A stretch of 64,000 nucleotides of DNA from an uncultured virus (IMG/VR IMGVR_UViG_3300022602_000035) (Duplodnaviria > Heunggongvirae > Uroviricota > Caudoviricetes), in the IMG/VR virus record IMGVR_UViG_3300022602_000035; one strand, given 5' to 3'. Each line of letters begins with the position of its first letter. The stretch's first letter is position 1. The notes beneath the pieces are model-generated. The model was not told the DNA's origin. It saw only the letters and a list, made by a program, of their open reading frames with translations, and ran no database searches. Below, piece after piece: positions 18,651 to 29,352 of the stretch. A program made the translations under genes and the position numbers.

Positions 18651-19301
18651 GTGAGTACGCATAATTGGAAACCAGCACTACCATTAACTAGATATTTTGA
18701 ACCAACTCGCACTGATAAAAGTGGTGAGCGTGCAAAAGCCAAATATAAAAATCATAATTTGCCCATATTACAATATATGTATCACGGCGATGTATTAACT
18801 CCATTGCACTGTGTAGTATCCGGAGCTCCTGGGTGGATCGATTTTCCATGTATTATTACAAAAAATGAAAAACAAAGATTTAATATAGACTTTAATCATA
18901 TTAGACAAGAACAATTAGGTGCAATGCAAGCAGGCACAAGTAAAGATAAGGGTATGTATGACCCAAGTCATATTTTTAGAAGTAAACGTTTGAACGAAAA
19001 TCCAATATTGCTGTTAGAGTTTATGACCATCATGCCAGTGAGCCAAGAAATTCACAAGTATATTACACAGGACAGCGCACTGAATCATATTACATTAGCA
19101 AATTTTGATAGTAAATATTGGCCATGGATACTGCAATCAAAGTCTAATTTTGATCAGTTTACTAATTCATTTGGATTGACAGAAATTGATTATAATTGGT
19201 TTATTGATCACCTAAGTGATATTAACCAACCAACAATTTCGTCTCGGGTAACAGTTAAACCAATTGATGCTCAATTTGTTCCAACCTGGAATCAAATTTA
19301 G
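18651..19301 (+). CDS. hypothetical protein, possibly a divergent HNH-like endonuclease
   Basis: HCVVSG...IDFNHIRQ...MPVSQEIHKYI spacing reminiscent of HNH; AT-rich and oriented opposite its neighbours. Confidence 0.4.
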   Translation: MSTHNWKPALPLTRYFEPTRTDKSGERAKAKYKNHNLPILQYMYHGDVLTPLHCVVSGAPGWIDFPCIITKNEKQRFNIDFNHIRQEQLGAMQAGTSKDKGMYDPSHIFRSKRLNENPILLLEFMTIMPVSQEIHKYITQDSALNHITLANFDSKYWPWILQSKSNFDQFTNSFGLTEIDYNWFIDHLSDINQPTISSRVTVKPIDAQFVPTWNQI

Positions 19302-19800
19302 GTAGCCACCCGCGGATCTTAGCTAATATGCCACTACCGTTGTCTTCGGCAATTGGCTCGTAAGTAAGTGCAGGTTCTTTTTGTGTTATAGTTACGTGTT
19401 GTTTCTTTAACACTTCTAGAACCTGTATTAATTCCGGAGTTAGGTGTTTGGTAAATTCCTCAAGAATAGTTTTGTATTGAGGAGTTTCGGTAGGTTTGGG
19501 GTCTTTGGTTAGTTTGAAGTAGGCACTTTTAGTTTCTACTACACGTGTTAATACAGCATCTTCGATGTCAAATAACTCAGCTACATCTTCGCGACGTGCT
19601 TGTTTTACATCAGCCTGCAGTTGTTTTAACTCAGTGGTTAATTCATCAATGCGCATCATATTTTTAGCAAGACGTGTAAATTCAGCACTTTTATAAGAGC
19701 TTAATCTAGCTGTAACTTTAGTTGGATCGTCGGCGTAGCTAACATCTGGATGCTCGATTCTAGCTTCAACTAGGTTAATATAGTGTAATAAATTCTTCAT
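19255..19800 (-). CDS. hypothetical protein
   Basis: ATG 5 nt after minus-strand TAAATA; N-term ...INLVEA. Confidence 0.65.
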   Translation of the reverse strand: MKNLLHYINLVEARIEHPDVSYADDPTKVTARLSSYKSAEFTRLAKNMMRIDELTTELKQLQADVKQARREDVAELFDIEDAVLTRVVETKSAYFKLTKDPKPTETPQYKTILEEFTKHLTPELIQVLEVLKKQHVTITQKEPALTYEPIAEDNGSGILAKIRGWLPKFDSRLEQIEHQLV

Positions 19801-19881
19801 AATACTATTTATATTAATCTACTTGACTTTTATTTTAAACGACTGTATAATTGCTGTTAAGTTAATTAAGAAAGGTAGCAA

Positions 19882-20091
19882 ATGGTTAATACATTAAATG
19901 GTCTACGCAACAAATTTCCAAAACGTGTGTTCAATGTTAAGAACAAACAGGATTTGAAAGTATACAAACATTTTATCACTTCGCATAGTTGGGGTGAATA
20001 CGGATGTCCATTTGAACTCGAATGGCCGTGGTTGAGCATTCCTGACATGATTGCTCACAAAATTGCAGAACATGCTGTAGAAAGTGTGTAG
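19882..20091 (+). CDS. hypothetical phage protein
   Basis: TTGACT-17-TATAAT and RBS upstream; WGEYGCPFELEWPW motif. Confidence 0.65.
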   Translation: MVNTLNGLRNKFPKRVFNVKNKQDLKVYKHFITSHSWGEYGCPFELEWPWLSIPDMIAHKIAEHAVESV

Positions 20092-20121
20092 TTAGTTTTC
20101 ATTTTTATTCCTTGCCTTAAT

Positions 20122-20147
20122 AAAGGACCTTCGGGTCCTTTCTTTTT
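20122..20147 (+). terminator. rho-independent terminator
   Basis: AAAGGACC-TTCG-GGTCCTTT + T tract. Confidence 0.85.
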
Positions 20148-20161
20148 GAATAAATATCTGT

Positions 20162-20440
20162 ATGGCAATATACACTATACAGGCTGATTCAGAGAGCCAA
20201 ACCACCCCAGTACTACGTAAAGGTCCACTTAGAATTTATGCAGATACTTCTGTGTATTTTACTGTAGGGGAGGATCCAGTAGCGGTCGCTGGTAAGAGTG
20301 CATTGATACGTGCAGGTGAAACTAAAGAATTACGTTTACCAGTAAAATGCAGCAAGATAGCTGTGTTAGCAGTCGAACATCCCGGAACAGTGGTAATAAG
20401 TGAACTTACTGTGGGGCCAAAATCGAGCTGTGCCCAGTAA
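20162..20440 (+). CDS. small beta-rich protein (paralog of the next gene)
   Basis: Shares MA(I/V)Y...P.L...VY(F/Y).VG..PVA with 20476..20805. Confidence 0.65.
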   Translation: MAIYTIQADSESQTTPVLRKGPLRIYADTSVYFTVGEDPVAVAGKSALIRAGETKELRLPVKCSKIAVLAVEHPGTVVISELTVGPKSSCAQ

Positions 20441-20475
20441 GTTAGATAAATAACTTAAATATTAAGGAAATTCAT

Positions 20476-20805
20476 ATGGCAGTTTATAGCGTAACATGCA
20501 ATACCACAAGCAATGTTAGCCCAATACTAAACAGCACCAAAGTTAAAGTTGAAGCTAATGTGGCAGTTTACTATGCAGTAGGTAGTAACCCTGTAGCTTA
20601 TTCTTCTGGTAACTGTTCAATCATTCCAGCAAATACAATTCGTGACATTAACTGTGGACCTGGTAATTTAGTTGTCGGTGCATATGGTAATGTTATCAAT
20701 CCTGGATTTGGGCCACAAATTGCATTTGTTAGTGCAACAGGTGCTCCAGCAGCAGTTAGCGTAACCGAAATTGGTTTTGTAGACTTCACTAAGGTAATTT
20801 ATTAA
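20476..20805 (+). CDS. small beta-rich protein, probably virion
   Basis: TAAATA and AAGGA upstream; paralog of the previous gene. Confidence 0.65.
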   Translation: MAVYSVTCNTTSNVSPILNSTKVKVEANVAVYYAVGSNPVAYSSGNCSIIPANTIRDINCGPGNLVVGAYGNVINPGFGPQIAFVSATGAPAAVSVTEIGFVDFTKVIY

Positions 20806-20815
20806 GAGAATAATT

Positions 20816-21112
20816 ATGAAAGCATCAGAAATTTTAAGAAAGTTAGCTGACGTAATTGATCAGCAACCAGTAGTTATTAATATTAACAATGGCGCACCAG
20901 CAGATACAGAAAAACCTACAGAGGAACCAGTAGCAGATGATGAATTAGGTGTTATGATTCCTCCCTTACAACAAAAAATCGAATTGGCCAAGAAAGCACA
21001 CGGCGTAGATTCAGTTTACACGCAAGATGATGAACCTGACGAGTTAGCAGTAATCAAACAAAACGCAGGCCTACAGGCAATCACCACAGACGACGAGCCC
21101 TTTGAAGGCTAA
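20816..21112 (+). CDS. hypothetical acidic protein
   Basis: MKASEILRKLADVID...MIPPLQQKIELAKK. Confidence 0.6.
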   Translation: MKASEILRKLADVIDQQPVVININNGAPADTEKPTEEPVADDELGVMIPPLQQKIELAKKAHGVDSVYTQDDEPDELAVIKQNAGLQAITTDDEPFEG

Positions 21113-21123
21113 GGGGTAAAACC

Positions 21124-24100
21124 GTGGCTTTCACGCAAGACTTTTTCACAAGCAGACGCAATAACAATGACGGCACTACCAGAATCGGTGAAACAGACCG
21201 TCTTTGGTATGAACCAATTACCAATACCATTCGCGTTAGCGATGGAGTGACACCCGGCGGCATTATAGTATCGGGTGGTTCAGGCGGAAATGGCAACGTA
21301 ATAGCCAATAACTATGGCGACAGTAATGTTGCTAATTATCTAAACACAACATCAATCACAGGTAATTTAGACCTGGGCAACCTATACATCACTGATGAAA
21401 CAATTGGTGGTAAGATTAACAATAGAGATATTACTCTAAGACCAAGTGGCACAGGCCTGGTAGCAGTACCGGGACTTAAACTGTCGGTAGGTTCAGTAAT
21501 TCAAGGTGTTAGTAACATCGTGGCTGTGGTTACAACCAGCACAATTACCAATGTACTACGCAGTTCAACAGGTCCCGCAGACAATATTATCTCAGGTGAA
21601 TATGGCTCAGTCAACGGCATTTCGGGTGTTGCTCCAGGATGGAATGTATTTTCAGTAAGCCCAGCACCGGGTGCTACCATACAAGTAGGCGACACTATAG
21701 TAGGCACAGGCATACCTTATAATTCTACTGTGTTGTTTGTGGGCAATCTTGGTGGCAGTGATCCTGCTAATGCCAACATCATTATTACTACCAGTACACT
21801 AAACAATCTACCTCCGCTCGAAGCCAATACTATAGCATTTACCACTCGCAGTGTAGTCAACGCTGGCCTGGCAATATCAACACAGGGCAATACCGACATC
21901 ACACTTAATCCAGGTATTGGTGGAGCAGTGGTGTCAGCAGGTAGTCTAATACCATTAGTGGATGACACCTATGACTTAGGTGCTCCTAATAGACGTTATC
22001 GTCATGTATGGGTGGGCGCAGGTACTATCTACATACTTGATGAAACTCTGGGCACAGACCAAACCATTGGAGCCAGAGACGGCAACTTATACATTGGCGG
22101 CGGCACTGGACTTACAGTAGGCAAGTTCACGTTAACAGGCAATACTATCGCACTTAACAATCCCGCAGAAGATTTCCGCATTGGTACACAGACTGCCACT
22201 GGTAATTTGATTATCAATCGTCCTTTACGAATTAATAGCCTTTCAGGTGACAATGCTTTCTCAGTTAATCGTCAAGGACTAACTACCATACATAGTCCTG
22301 TGATACTAGGCAACACACAAGCAGTGTTTAGCATCATTGGCAGTACCAGTGGTAATGTACAGCCGCGTAACTTTGGCAACACTATGATACAGGTCACAGG
22401 CAACGACAATGTTCCAACTCGCGTTAGCTTTGACGCATTTGGTATTACAGCAGGACAAAATGCCTATACTGCCGTAGCCGCTCGCGCCGCTCGTGGCACA
22501 GTGGATACGCCAAGCACTACACAGGCTGGTGATACTATTCTACGCTTTACAGGTCAAGGTTGGACTGGTAATGGTGCTTTTGCTGGTAGTATTATTCGCT
22601 TGAACTTAGAAGCCGCAGAAACATTTACATCAAATCTCAGCACAGGTACACGCCTAACTATACAGACTACACCTATAGGCAGTAACCTAATACAAACCAC
22701 TGCGGCATTTTACTCAAATGGACTAAACCTATACGGTGACACTATTACTACTGGTGTTAAGTTTGCCGACAACACATTCCAGAACACAGCATTTGTGCCT
22801 GCTAATTGGGTGCGTAAAATCACCACTGGAGTAGGATTCGCCAGCCCAGATAGTTACCAAGGCAATGTTAGTTTAGACACCACAGATGTACATACATTAG
22901 TTAGCGATAGTTATAGTTTGACTGTTACAGACACTGGCAGTAATAACCTGCGACTACAGTTAGCACAGGAAATTGCTGCCAACAGTAGCCCAACATTTAA
23001 AAACATGACCGTGAGCAATCTAACAGTTAACGGTACATTTACCACAGTCACTAACGCCAGTATAAACGGCAAGATCTTATACTTGGCTAACAACAGTATC
23101 AGTAACACACAGATCAGTGGCGGTGGCATTATACTTGGTAATATCGCACAAGACTACTATAAGAGTTTCTTATATGACTTGGCTAACAACTGGTGGGACA
23201 CAGATGGTAGTGGATTAAACACTGAATACTTATCAGCCCACGATGCTGAGTTTGCGGGTAATATCTATGCCACTGGCACTATACTTGCGGGCGGCGCAGC
23301 CAAGACTGTAGGCAATCTATTCCCTAATGCTGGTATACAGGTATTTGAAAGCGTTAACAGTTACGCACAGATTGTAGAACAGAATTTAAGCACAGGTACT
23401 AAAGCAACTACAGACTTCATTGCTACAGCGGATAACGGCACAGATACAACCTACTACATTGACATGGGTATTGCTGGTAGTAACTACGATAGCAGTAATC
23501 CCGTCAACAGCTTGGGCACCAGTTTAAATGCTAACGATGGTTACTTATATGTTCAGGGCGACTTAGACGCTGATGCTGCAGTAGATGGCGGTGATTTGAT
23601 ATTGGGCACTGCAACGGCCGGAAAAGATATCAAATTCATTGTTGGGGGTGTAAATGATACTAACGTCAAGGTAACTTTTAGCAATACTACAATTGACAGT
23701 TATAATAACTATGTACTACATGATGGCAACGACAATATCTTGCTACAATTACAAAATGATGGCGGTATTGGCAAATTAACATTTACAGGTGGCAGCCAAG
23801 GCATTTGGTATAACAGTGGCATCTATATCAATGGCATCGGATATCACTCTAGTTATTCAGGTATACAAGCCTTAAGTTACAACAGTGCTACAGGGCAGGT
23901 TACTTATGGACAAATTGACGCCAGTCAGATACTAAATGCCTACGGCAACATTAATGTTGCGGCATATTTGGCAGGCAATGTTACCATTGGCAACCTGTCT
24001 GTTACTAACATCATTGCAGGAAATGTCACAGCAGGCAATGTTGCTGTTGGGGGAACCTTTGCTCCAGCAAAAGGCATCACACACAATGCAACTAAGCCCA

Positions 24101-24414
24101 CTATAGTGGCCAATGTGGTTCTAATTAACTTTGATACAGACGATTTGATACGTGTACACACAACAGGCCCTGGCACAACTATCACTGCCAACTTGGTCAA
24201 CTTATCAACTACAGTAGGCAAAACAGTGGAAGTGCTAGTAATGAGTCCAGCTGGAGGCAGCACACAGTTCAACCACAGTGTGGCTAGTTCGCAGTCTACC
24301 AATGGCTATTCGTTTTTTCTTACTTCACACCAGACCATGTATGTTAAATATTTTAACATTGATGGCACAACAGGTAATCTATTTGTAACTGCAATTGGTA
24401 ACAATACCATCTAA
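21124..24414 (+). CDS. large fibre/tail-associated structural protein
   Basis: 1096 aa, G/T/N-rich beta repeats, IRVSDGVTPGG and PLVDDTYDLG..RRY motifs. Confidence 0.7.
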   Translation: MAFTQDFFTSRRNNNDGTTRIGETDRLWYEPITNTIRVSDGVTPGGIIVSGGSGGNGNVIANNYGDSNVANYLNTTSITGNLDLGNLYITDETIGGKINNRDITLRPSGTGLVAVPGLKLSVGSVIQGVSNIVAVVTTSTITNVLRSSTGPADNIISGEYGSVNGISGVAPGWNVFSVSPAPGATIQVGDTIVGTGIPYNSTVLFVGNLGGSDPANANIIITTSTLNNLPPLEANTIAFTTRSVVNAGLAISTQGNTDITLNPGIGGAVVSAGSLIPLVDDTYDLGAPNRRYRHVWVGAGTIYILDETLGTDQTIGARDGNLYIGGGTGLTVGKFTLTGNTIALNNPAEDFRIGTQTATGNLIINRPLRINSLSGDNAFSVNRQGLTTIHSPVILGNTQAVFSIIGSTSGNVQPRNFGNTMIQVTGNDNVPTRVSFDAFGITAGQNAYTAVAARAARGTVDTPSTTQAGDTILRFTGQGWTGNGAFAGSIIRLNLEAAETFTSNLSTGTRLTIQTTPIGSNLIQTTAAFYSNGLNLYGDTITTGVKFADNTFQNTAFVPANWVRKITTGVGFASPDSYQGNVSLDTTDVHTLVSDSYSLTVTDTGSNNLRLQLAQEIAANSSPTFKNMTVSNLTVNGTFTTVTNASINGKILYLANNSISNTQISGGGIILGNIAQDYYKSFLYDLANNWWDTDGSGLNTEYLSAHDAEFAGNIYATGTILAGGAAKTVGNLFPNAGIQVFESVNSYAQIVEQNLSTGTKATTDFIATADNGTDTTYYIDMGIAGSNYDSSNPVNSLGTSLNANDGYLYVQGDLDADAAVDGGDLILGTATAGKDIKFIVGGVNDTNVKVTFSNTTIDSYNNYVLHDGNDNILLQLQNDGGIGKLTFTGGSQGIWYNSGIYINGIGYHSSYSGIQALSYNSATGQVTYGQIDASQILNAYGNINVAAYLAGNVTIGNLSVTNIIAGNVTAGNVAVGGTFAPAKGITHNATKPTIVANVVLINFDTDDLIRVHTTGPGTTITANLVNLSTTVGKTVEVLVMSPAGGSTQFNHSVASSQSTNGYSFFLTSHQTMYVKYFNIDGTTGNLFVTAIGNNTI

Positions 24415-24620
24415 CCGTTTCTGTTAACATCAGTAACACTACTATACAATTGCTCTCGTGCCGTTAGGCTTACTAAATTATCTTTAGAATTGCTACCACC
24501 TAAACTTTTTGGTATAATGTGGTGACGTTCTGTATATGTTTCTGGTGGTAAAATTCTTGACTTTGCGTTTGAAATAATACTATAATAGTATTTTGTATAT
24601 TTATTGGTGATAAATATCAT
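24411..24620 (-). pseudogene. truncated HNH homing endonuclease
   Basis: NKYTKYY...YTERHHIIPKSLGGSNSKDNLVSLTARE, then diverges (Q where H is expected) and stops. Confidence 0.75.
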
Positions 24621-24704
24621 TGCTGTGACTCCTATCAGTTATAGAGTAGTTGGATATCCCCATATCGCGAACTACATTAATATTTATCTTGGAAACCGTA
24701 TTTT

Positions 24705-26234
24705 ATGATATTTGGTATAATGACATTGTTAACTGCGTTGATGCTATCAGCAGTTGCTGCATATTATTCAATTACAGGACTAACAGCGATATTTCCTGGA
24801 GTGGTTATACCTATTATTATTATGGGCTGCACTCTTGAGATTTCAAAGATTGTTGCTACTGTCTGGTTACACAAATATTGGAATCGTGCAGCCTTACAGT
24901 TTAAGTTATATCTTATACCTGCTATTATAGTGCTGATGATAATAACCTCTACTGGAATCTTCGGATATCTTTCGGCCGCTCACTTATCGCAATCAACAGC
25001 AAATGAAGATATTTCATCACAAGTTTCTCTATTAGATGAAAAGATTAAAACGGAACAAGATAATATCAGTGTAAACAAACGAGCCCTACAACAAATGGAT
25101 GCACAAGTAGACCAAATGTTAGGTCGTACTACAGACGATAAGGGTGCTAATCGTGCTGTACAGATCCGCAAGCAACAGGCCAAAGAACGCAAATCATTAC
25201 AAGCAGATATTAGTATAGCACAGAAAAATATTAGCACACTACAAGCAGAACGTGCGCCTATTGCGGCCAAAAGTCGTGTTGCTGAAAGCCACATAGGCCC
25301 TATCCGTTATATTGCCGCACTTATCTACGGTGATAATCCCAACGCAGACTTGCTAGAGCGTGCTGTCCGTTGGGTTATTATCTTGTTAGTATTTGTATTT
25401 GATCCATTAGCACTTATCCTTATCTTAGCCGCAGAACAAACTATTGCTTGGGCACGTAAAGTCAAAGATGAGCGTAAAGGATGGCATCAAGAATGGGTTC
25501 CTGACACAGAAGCATGGCCCGAGTGGGATGACGAAATAACAGAAGAACAGATTGGAGCAATTAAAGCCGCCGCAGGTAATGTAGAAATGACATCAATGTC
25601 TTCAACCTTGTTTGACACAGAACGAGAGTTTTTTGATCATGGTAAGGAAGTGGCAAGAGAAATAGATGCTAACGATGGCATATTACACAAGCATCATCAC
25701 ACAGCACTACTAAATGATGTAGAAGTTACAGTGCCTGAAGAGACAAGCATATTAGATCAACATCCATATCTTAAGAAACCATGGTCGTGGATGCCAAAAC
25801 AAGAAGTTAAAGAAGAACCTGCTATAGTTACGCCTATTCATCATGATCCAGACCCTATCCGCGGAATACCACCACCGGCTGATGACCCTGAACCAATTAA
25901 TGTTGGATATAAACCCGTGAATATTCCGGATCTGTCTATTAATGCTGAACCTGCTAAAGAAACCAAAGCAGGATTTGGTACTGAATTCCCTGCCAATCCA
26001 GACAGGGGAGATCTATTCCTACGTGTAGATTACCTACCTGGTAAAACATTCAAATGGAATGGAGTTAAATGGATTGAAGTAGATAAAGAAAAAATTGATC
26101 AGTTTGCCTATGATCTAGAGTATATCAAGCACTTAGTGGAAAAAATTGACAGTGGTGAGTATGATGTTGAATTACTTACTGCCACTGAACAAGAACAAAT
26201 TCAAAGGTATTTAAATGGCACAAACCAACAGTAG
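24705..26234 (+). CDS. membrane protein with coiled coil and acidic C-terminal region
   Basis: N-terminal TM helices (SAVAAYYSITGL, TSTGIFGYLS), IGPIRYIA, VFVFDPLAL. Confidence 0.7.
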   Translation: MIFGIMTLLTALMLSAVAAYYSITGLTAIFPGVVIPIIIMGCTLEISKIVATVWLHKYWNRAALQFKLYLIPAIIVLMIITSTGIFGYLSAAHLSQSTANEDISSQVSLLDEKIKTEQDNISVNKRALQQMDAQVDQMLGRTTDDKGANRAVQIRKQQAKERKSLQADISIAQKNISTLQAERAPIAAKSRVAESHIGPIRYIAALIYGDNPNADLLERAVRWVIILLVFVFDPLALILILAAEQTIAWARKVKDERKGWHQEWVPDTEAWPEWDDEITEEQIGAIKAAAGNVEMTSMSSTLFDTEREFFDHGKEVAREIDANDGILHKHHHTALLNDVEVTVPEETSILDQHPYLKKPWSWMPKQEVKEEPAIVTPIHHDPDPIRGIPPPADDPEPINVGYKPVNIPDLSINAEPAKETKAGFGTEFPANPDRGDLFLRVDYLPGKTFKWNGVKWIEVDKEKIDQFAYDLEYIKHLVEKIDSGEYDVELLTATEQEQIQRYLNGTNQQ

Positions 26235-26559
26235 ATTTATAACAAATCCGAGTACAGTAGAACCAGACGGAAATTATACCGTTGTCTTAGTTGATGCAAC
26301 TCCGGAACAATTAGATAATATAAATTATTTCTGTCAAGTAAGCAATCTTAACTATGATATATATTTGTATGAAGGCAATTCCGGAGACCTGCAGTGGTTA
26401 AATGTTATTACAGATCTAGCTGATCACGTATTAATTAGTAATCTTAGTCAGGTAACAATTTCTGGTGTTGACCATCAAAGTAAATTTGGTCTAAACGAAG
26501 AATATGCTGAGCCACTGGCATACTTTCAAAAAGTAGATGACTTAGGTAATCAACTATAA
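26215..26559 (+). CDS. hypothetical protein
   Basis: 114-aa ORF. Confidence 0.55.
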   Translation: MAQTNSRFITNPSTVEPDGNYTVVLVDATPEQLDNINYFCQVSNLNYDIYLYEGNSGDLQWLNVITDLADHVLISNLSQVTISGVDHQSKFGLNEEYAEPLAYFQKVDDLGNQL

Positions 26560-26591
26560 ATAAACAACGCATATAACTTTCAAGGAAAAAT

Positions 26592-26825
26592 ATGGCATTT
26601 CAAAACTCATTAACGGGTAGTACAGTCTATGTTAAAAACGATAACGTAGAACAGGCACTACGCAAATTTAAGAAAAAGATTCAAGACAGTGGCCTACTAC
26701 AAGAAGTACGTGACCGTGGCGAATATGTAAAACCAACTATCGTACGTAAGAAAAAAGCGGCACAGGCCAAACAACGCTGGAAGCGTAAACTACAAAGCCA
26801 ACAACTTCCAGATAAACTTTATTAA
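26592..26825 (+). CDS. rpsU: 30S ribosomal protein bS21
   Basis: VEQALRKFKKK..SGLLQEVR...YVKPT..RKKK; TATAAATA at 26555. Confidence 0.92.
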   Translation: MAFQNSLTGSTVYVKNDNVEQALRKFKKKIQDSGLLQEVRDRGEYVKPTIVRKKKAAQAKQRWKRKLQSQQLPDKLY

Positions 26826-26879
26826 TTTTTGATTGTCAAATAATTGACAACTAGATAAACTTGTTGTATAAATATATAT

Positions 26880-26938
26880 GTAGGATGCCTAATTAGGGTT
26901 CTACATATTTAGATCTTGCTTAATTAAAGGAGAAAACT
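26880..26938 (+). promoter_or_regulatory. ROSE-like RNA thermometer in the dnaK leader
   Basis: TCTTGCTT (26914-21) pairs with AAGGAGA (26927-33) with a bulged G; upstream hairpin GTAGGATGCCT-AATT-AGGGTTCTAC. Confidence 0.6.
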
Positions 26939-28843
26939 ATGTCTAAGATCATTGGTATTGACCTCGGCACCACTAATTCCTGTGTGGCCATTCTTGAAAA
27001 CAACAAACCACGTGTAATTGAAAATAACGAAGGTGCTCGTACTACCCCTAGTATTGTTGCCTACGGCGATGAAATTGCAGTTGGCGCACCGGCTAAACGT
27101 CAAGCAGTTACAAATCCAAAAAATACAATCTATGCAGCTAAACGTTTAATCGGACGTAAATTCGAAGAACAGGCTGTACAAAAAGACATCGACTTGATGC
27201 CTTATAAAATTATTAAGAACTCCAATGGCGATGCTTGGGTAGAAGTTAATGGTGATAAATTAGCACCTCCACAGATCTCAGCAGAAGTCTTACGCAAAAT
27301 GAAAAAGACTGCGGAAGATTATCTAGGTGAGGAAATAACACAGGCTGTTATTACAGTACCTGCTTACTTCAATGACAGCCAACGTCAAGCAACCAAAGAC
27401 GCAGGTACTATTGCCGGCCTAGAAGTTCTACGTATTATCAACGAACCAACAGCGGCCGCACTGGCATTTGGTATGGATAAGTCAGCCAAGGGTGATCGTA
27501 AGATTGCTGTGTATGACTTAGGTGGTGGTACATTTGACGTATCGATCATTGAAATCTCAAACATTGACGGTGAAACACAATTCGAAGTGTTGTCAACCAA
27601 TGGTGATACATTCCTTGGTGGTGAAGATTTCGACCAACGTATCATGGACTACATCATCGATGAGTTTATGAAAGAATCGGGTGTTGACCTAAGCAAAGAC
27701 CAATTAGCTCTACAACGTCTAAAAGAATCAGCAGAAAAAGCTAAGATTGAACTATCAAGTTCAACAAGCACAACGGTAAATCTACCATACATTACTGCTG
27801 ATGCTACTGGTCCTAAACACCTAAATGTAACTATTAGTCGTGCTAAGTTTGAAGGCCTAGTCGAAGAACTAATTAAACGTTCAATTGAGCCATGTAAAGT
27901 TGCTCTTGCTGATGCTAAACTAAAAGCATCAGACATCGACGATGTTATCTTAGTCGGCGGACAAACACGTATGCCTAAGGTACAAGAAGAAGTTGAACGA
28001 CTATTTGGTAAGGCTCCACGCAAAGACGTTAACCCAGATGAAGCAGTAGCAGTTGGTGCGGCTATCCAAGGTGCTGTGTTAAGCGGCGATAAAACGGATG
28101 TACTATTACTAGATGTTACTCCACTGTCATTGGGCATTGAAACAATGGGTGGTGTAATGGCCAAATTGATTAAGAAAAACACAACTATTCCTACCAAGGC
28201 CAGTCAGGTGTTTTCAACAGCCGAAGACAATCAACCAGCGGTGACTGTAGCAGTGTTCCAAGGCGAACGTGATATGGTACAACACAATAAGAAACTAGGT
28301 GAATTTAATCTAGCTGGTATTGAGCCACAACGTCGTGGCCAACCACAGATTGAAATCACTCTGGACATTGATGCTAACGGTATCTTAAAAGTAAGTGCTA
28401 AGGATAAAAACACTGGCAAAGAAAACAAGATCACTATTAAAGCTAATTCAGGCTTAACTGAAGAAGAAATTGAAAAAATGGTACAGGATGCTGAAGCCAA
28501 TGCCGAAGCAGATAAGAAAACTGTTGAACTTGTTCAAACACGTAATACAGCAGATGCTCAAGTTTACGATATTAAGAAAACACTTGAAGAAAAAGCTGAA
28601 CAGGTTACTGCTGAACAAAAAGCTGATATTGAATCTGCACTCGAGAAAGTTGAAACAGCGATTAAAGGTGACAGTGTTGAAGCAATTCAAGAAGCTATGG
28701 TTGCAGTAAGTAAACTTGTTGAGCCATTATATAAGGATCAACAAGACAAAGCACAACCTACAGTTGAGCCAGGACAGCAAACTACCGAAGCACAAGATGG
28801 TGTAGTGGATGCTGAGTTCACAGAAGTGAAAAAAGGAGAGTAA
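26939..28843 (+). CDS. dnaK: chaperone DnaK (Hsp70)
   Basis: [41 protein letters not shown]-term VVDAEFTEV. Confidence 0.98.
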   Translation: MSKIIGIDLGTTNSCVAILENNKPRVIENNEGARTTPSIVAYGDEIAVGAPAKRQAVTNPKNTIYAAKRLIGRKFEEQAVQKDIDLMPYKIIKNSNGDAWVEVNGDKLAPPQISAEVLRKMKKTAEDYLGEEITQAVITVPAYFNDSQRQATKDAGTIAGLEVLRIINEPTAAALAFGMDKSAKGDRKIAVYDLGGGTFDVSIIEISNIDGETQFEVLSTNGDTFLGGEDFDQRIMDYIIDEFMKESGVDLSKDQLALQRLKESAEKAKIELSSSTSTTVNLPYITADATGPKHLNVTISRAKFEGLVEELIKRSIEPCKVALADAKLKASDIDDVILVGGQTRMPKVQEEVERLFGKAPRKDVNPDEAVAVGAAIQGAVLSGDKTDVLLLDVTPLSLGIETMGGVMAKLIKKNTTIPTKASQVFSTAEDNQPAVTVAVFQGERDMVQHNKKLGEFNLAGIEPQRRGQPQIEITLDIDANGILKVSAKDKNTGKENKITIKANSGLTEEEIEKMVQDAEANAEADKKTVELVQTRNTADAQVYDIKKTLEEKAEQVTAEQKADIESALEKVETAIKGDSVEAIQEAMVAVSKLVEPLYKDQQDKAQPTVEPGQQTTEAQDGVVDAEFTEVKKGE

Positions 28844-29289
28844 TGATGGAACAACATTATATAACTTCGTTTGATATCACTAACTTGCCTAGATTTGCTA
28901 TTGGTTTCGATCGTATGTTCGAAGAACTTGCTCGTACACAGGAAAAGTTAAGCAATACTAACTATCCTCCCTACAACATTCTTCGCACAGCCGAAACTGA
29001 ATATTCTATTGAAGTAGCTGTAGCAGGCTTTGAAGAAGACGAACTAGAAGTAGAACTTGTTGATGGTGAGTTAATTATCAAAGGCGAAACTAAATCTAAA
29101 ACAGTAGAAAATATCGGCAATTATCTACATCGCGGCATTGCAGCACGTAATTTTGTACGCACATTTGCCCTACCGGATGATGTAGAAATCAAAGGTGCAA
29201 GAGTACGTAATGGTATCTTAACTGTAGATGTGGAAATTTTTATTCCACAATCTACTAAGAAAACTATTGCAATTACTTTCGAAAAGTAG
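28843..29289 (+). CDS. small heat-shock protein Hsp20 (IbpA-like)
   Basis: IGFDRMF, NYPPYNI, AVAGF, YLHRGIAAR, NGILTV. Confidence 0.93.
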   Translation: MMEQHYITSFDITNLPRFAIGFDRMFEELARTQEKLSNTNYPPYNILRTAETEYSIEVAVAGFEEDELEVELVDGELIIKGETKSKTVENIGNYLHRGIAARNFVRTFALPDDVEIKGARVRNGILTVDVEIFIPQSTKKTIAITFEK

Positions 29290-29302
29290 TATAATAGTCT
29301 TA

Positions 29303-29323
29303 AGGGTGGAGGAAACTCCACCC
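29303..29323. other. hairpin between hsp20 and clpS
   Basis: GGGTGGAG-GAAA-CTCCACCC, no U tract; follows a TATAAT. Confidence 0.55.
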
Positions 29324-29352
29324 ATCATTAATCAATAAGAGAAAGAAATCAA

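Noticed and set aside
27385..28709. Long antisense and alternate-frame ORFs within dnaK (likewise in nrdA, the fibre, curlin and cyclase genes)
   Set aside because: Shadow ORFs caused by codon bias of the real genes
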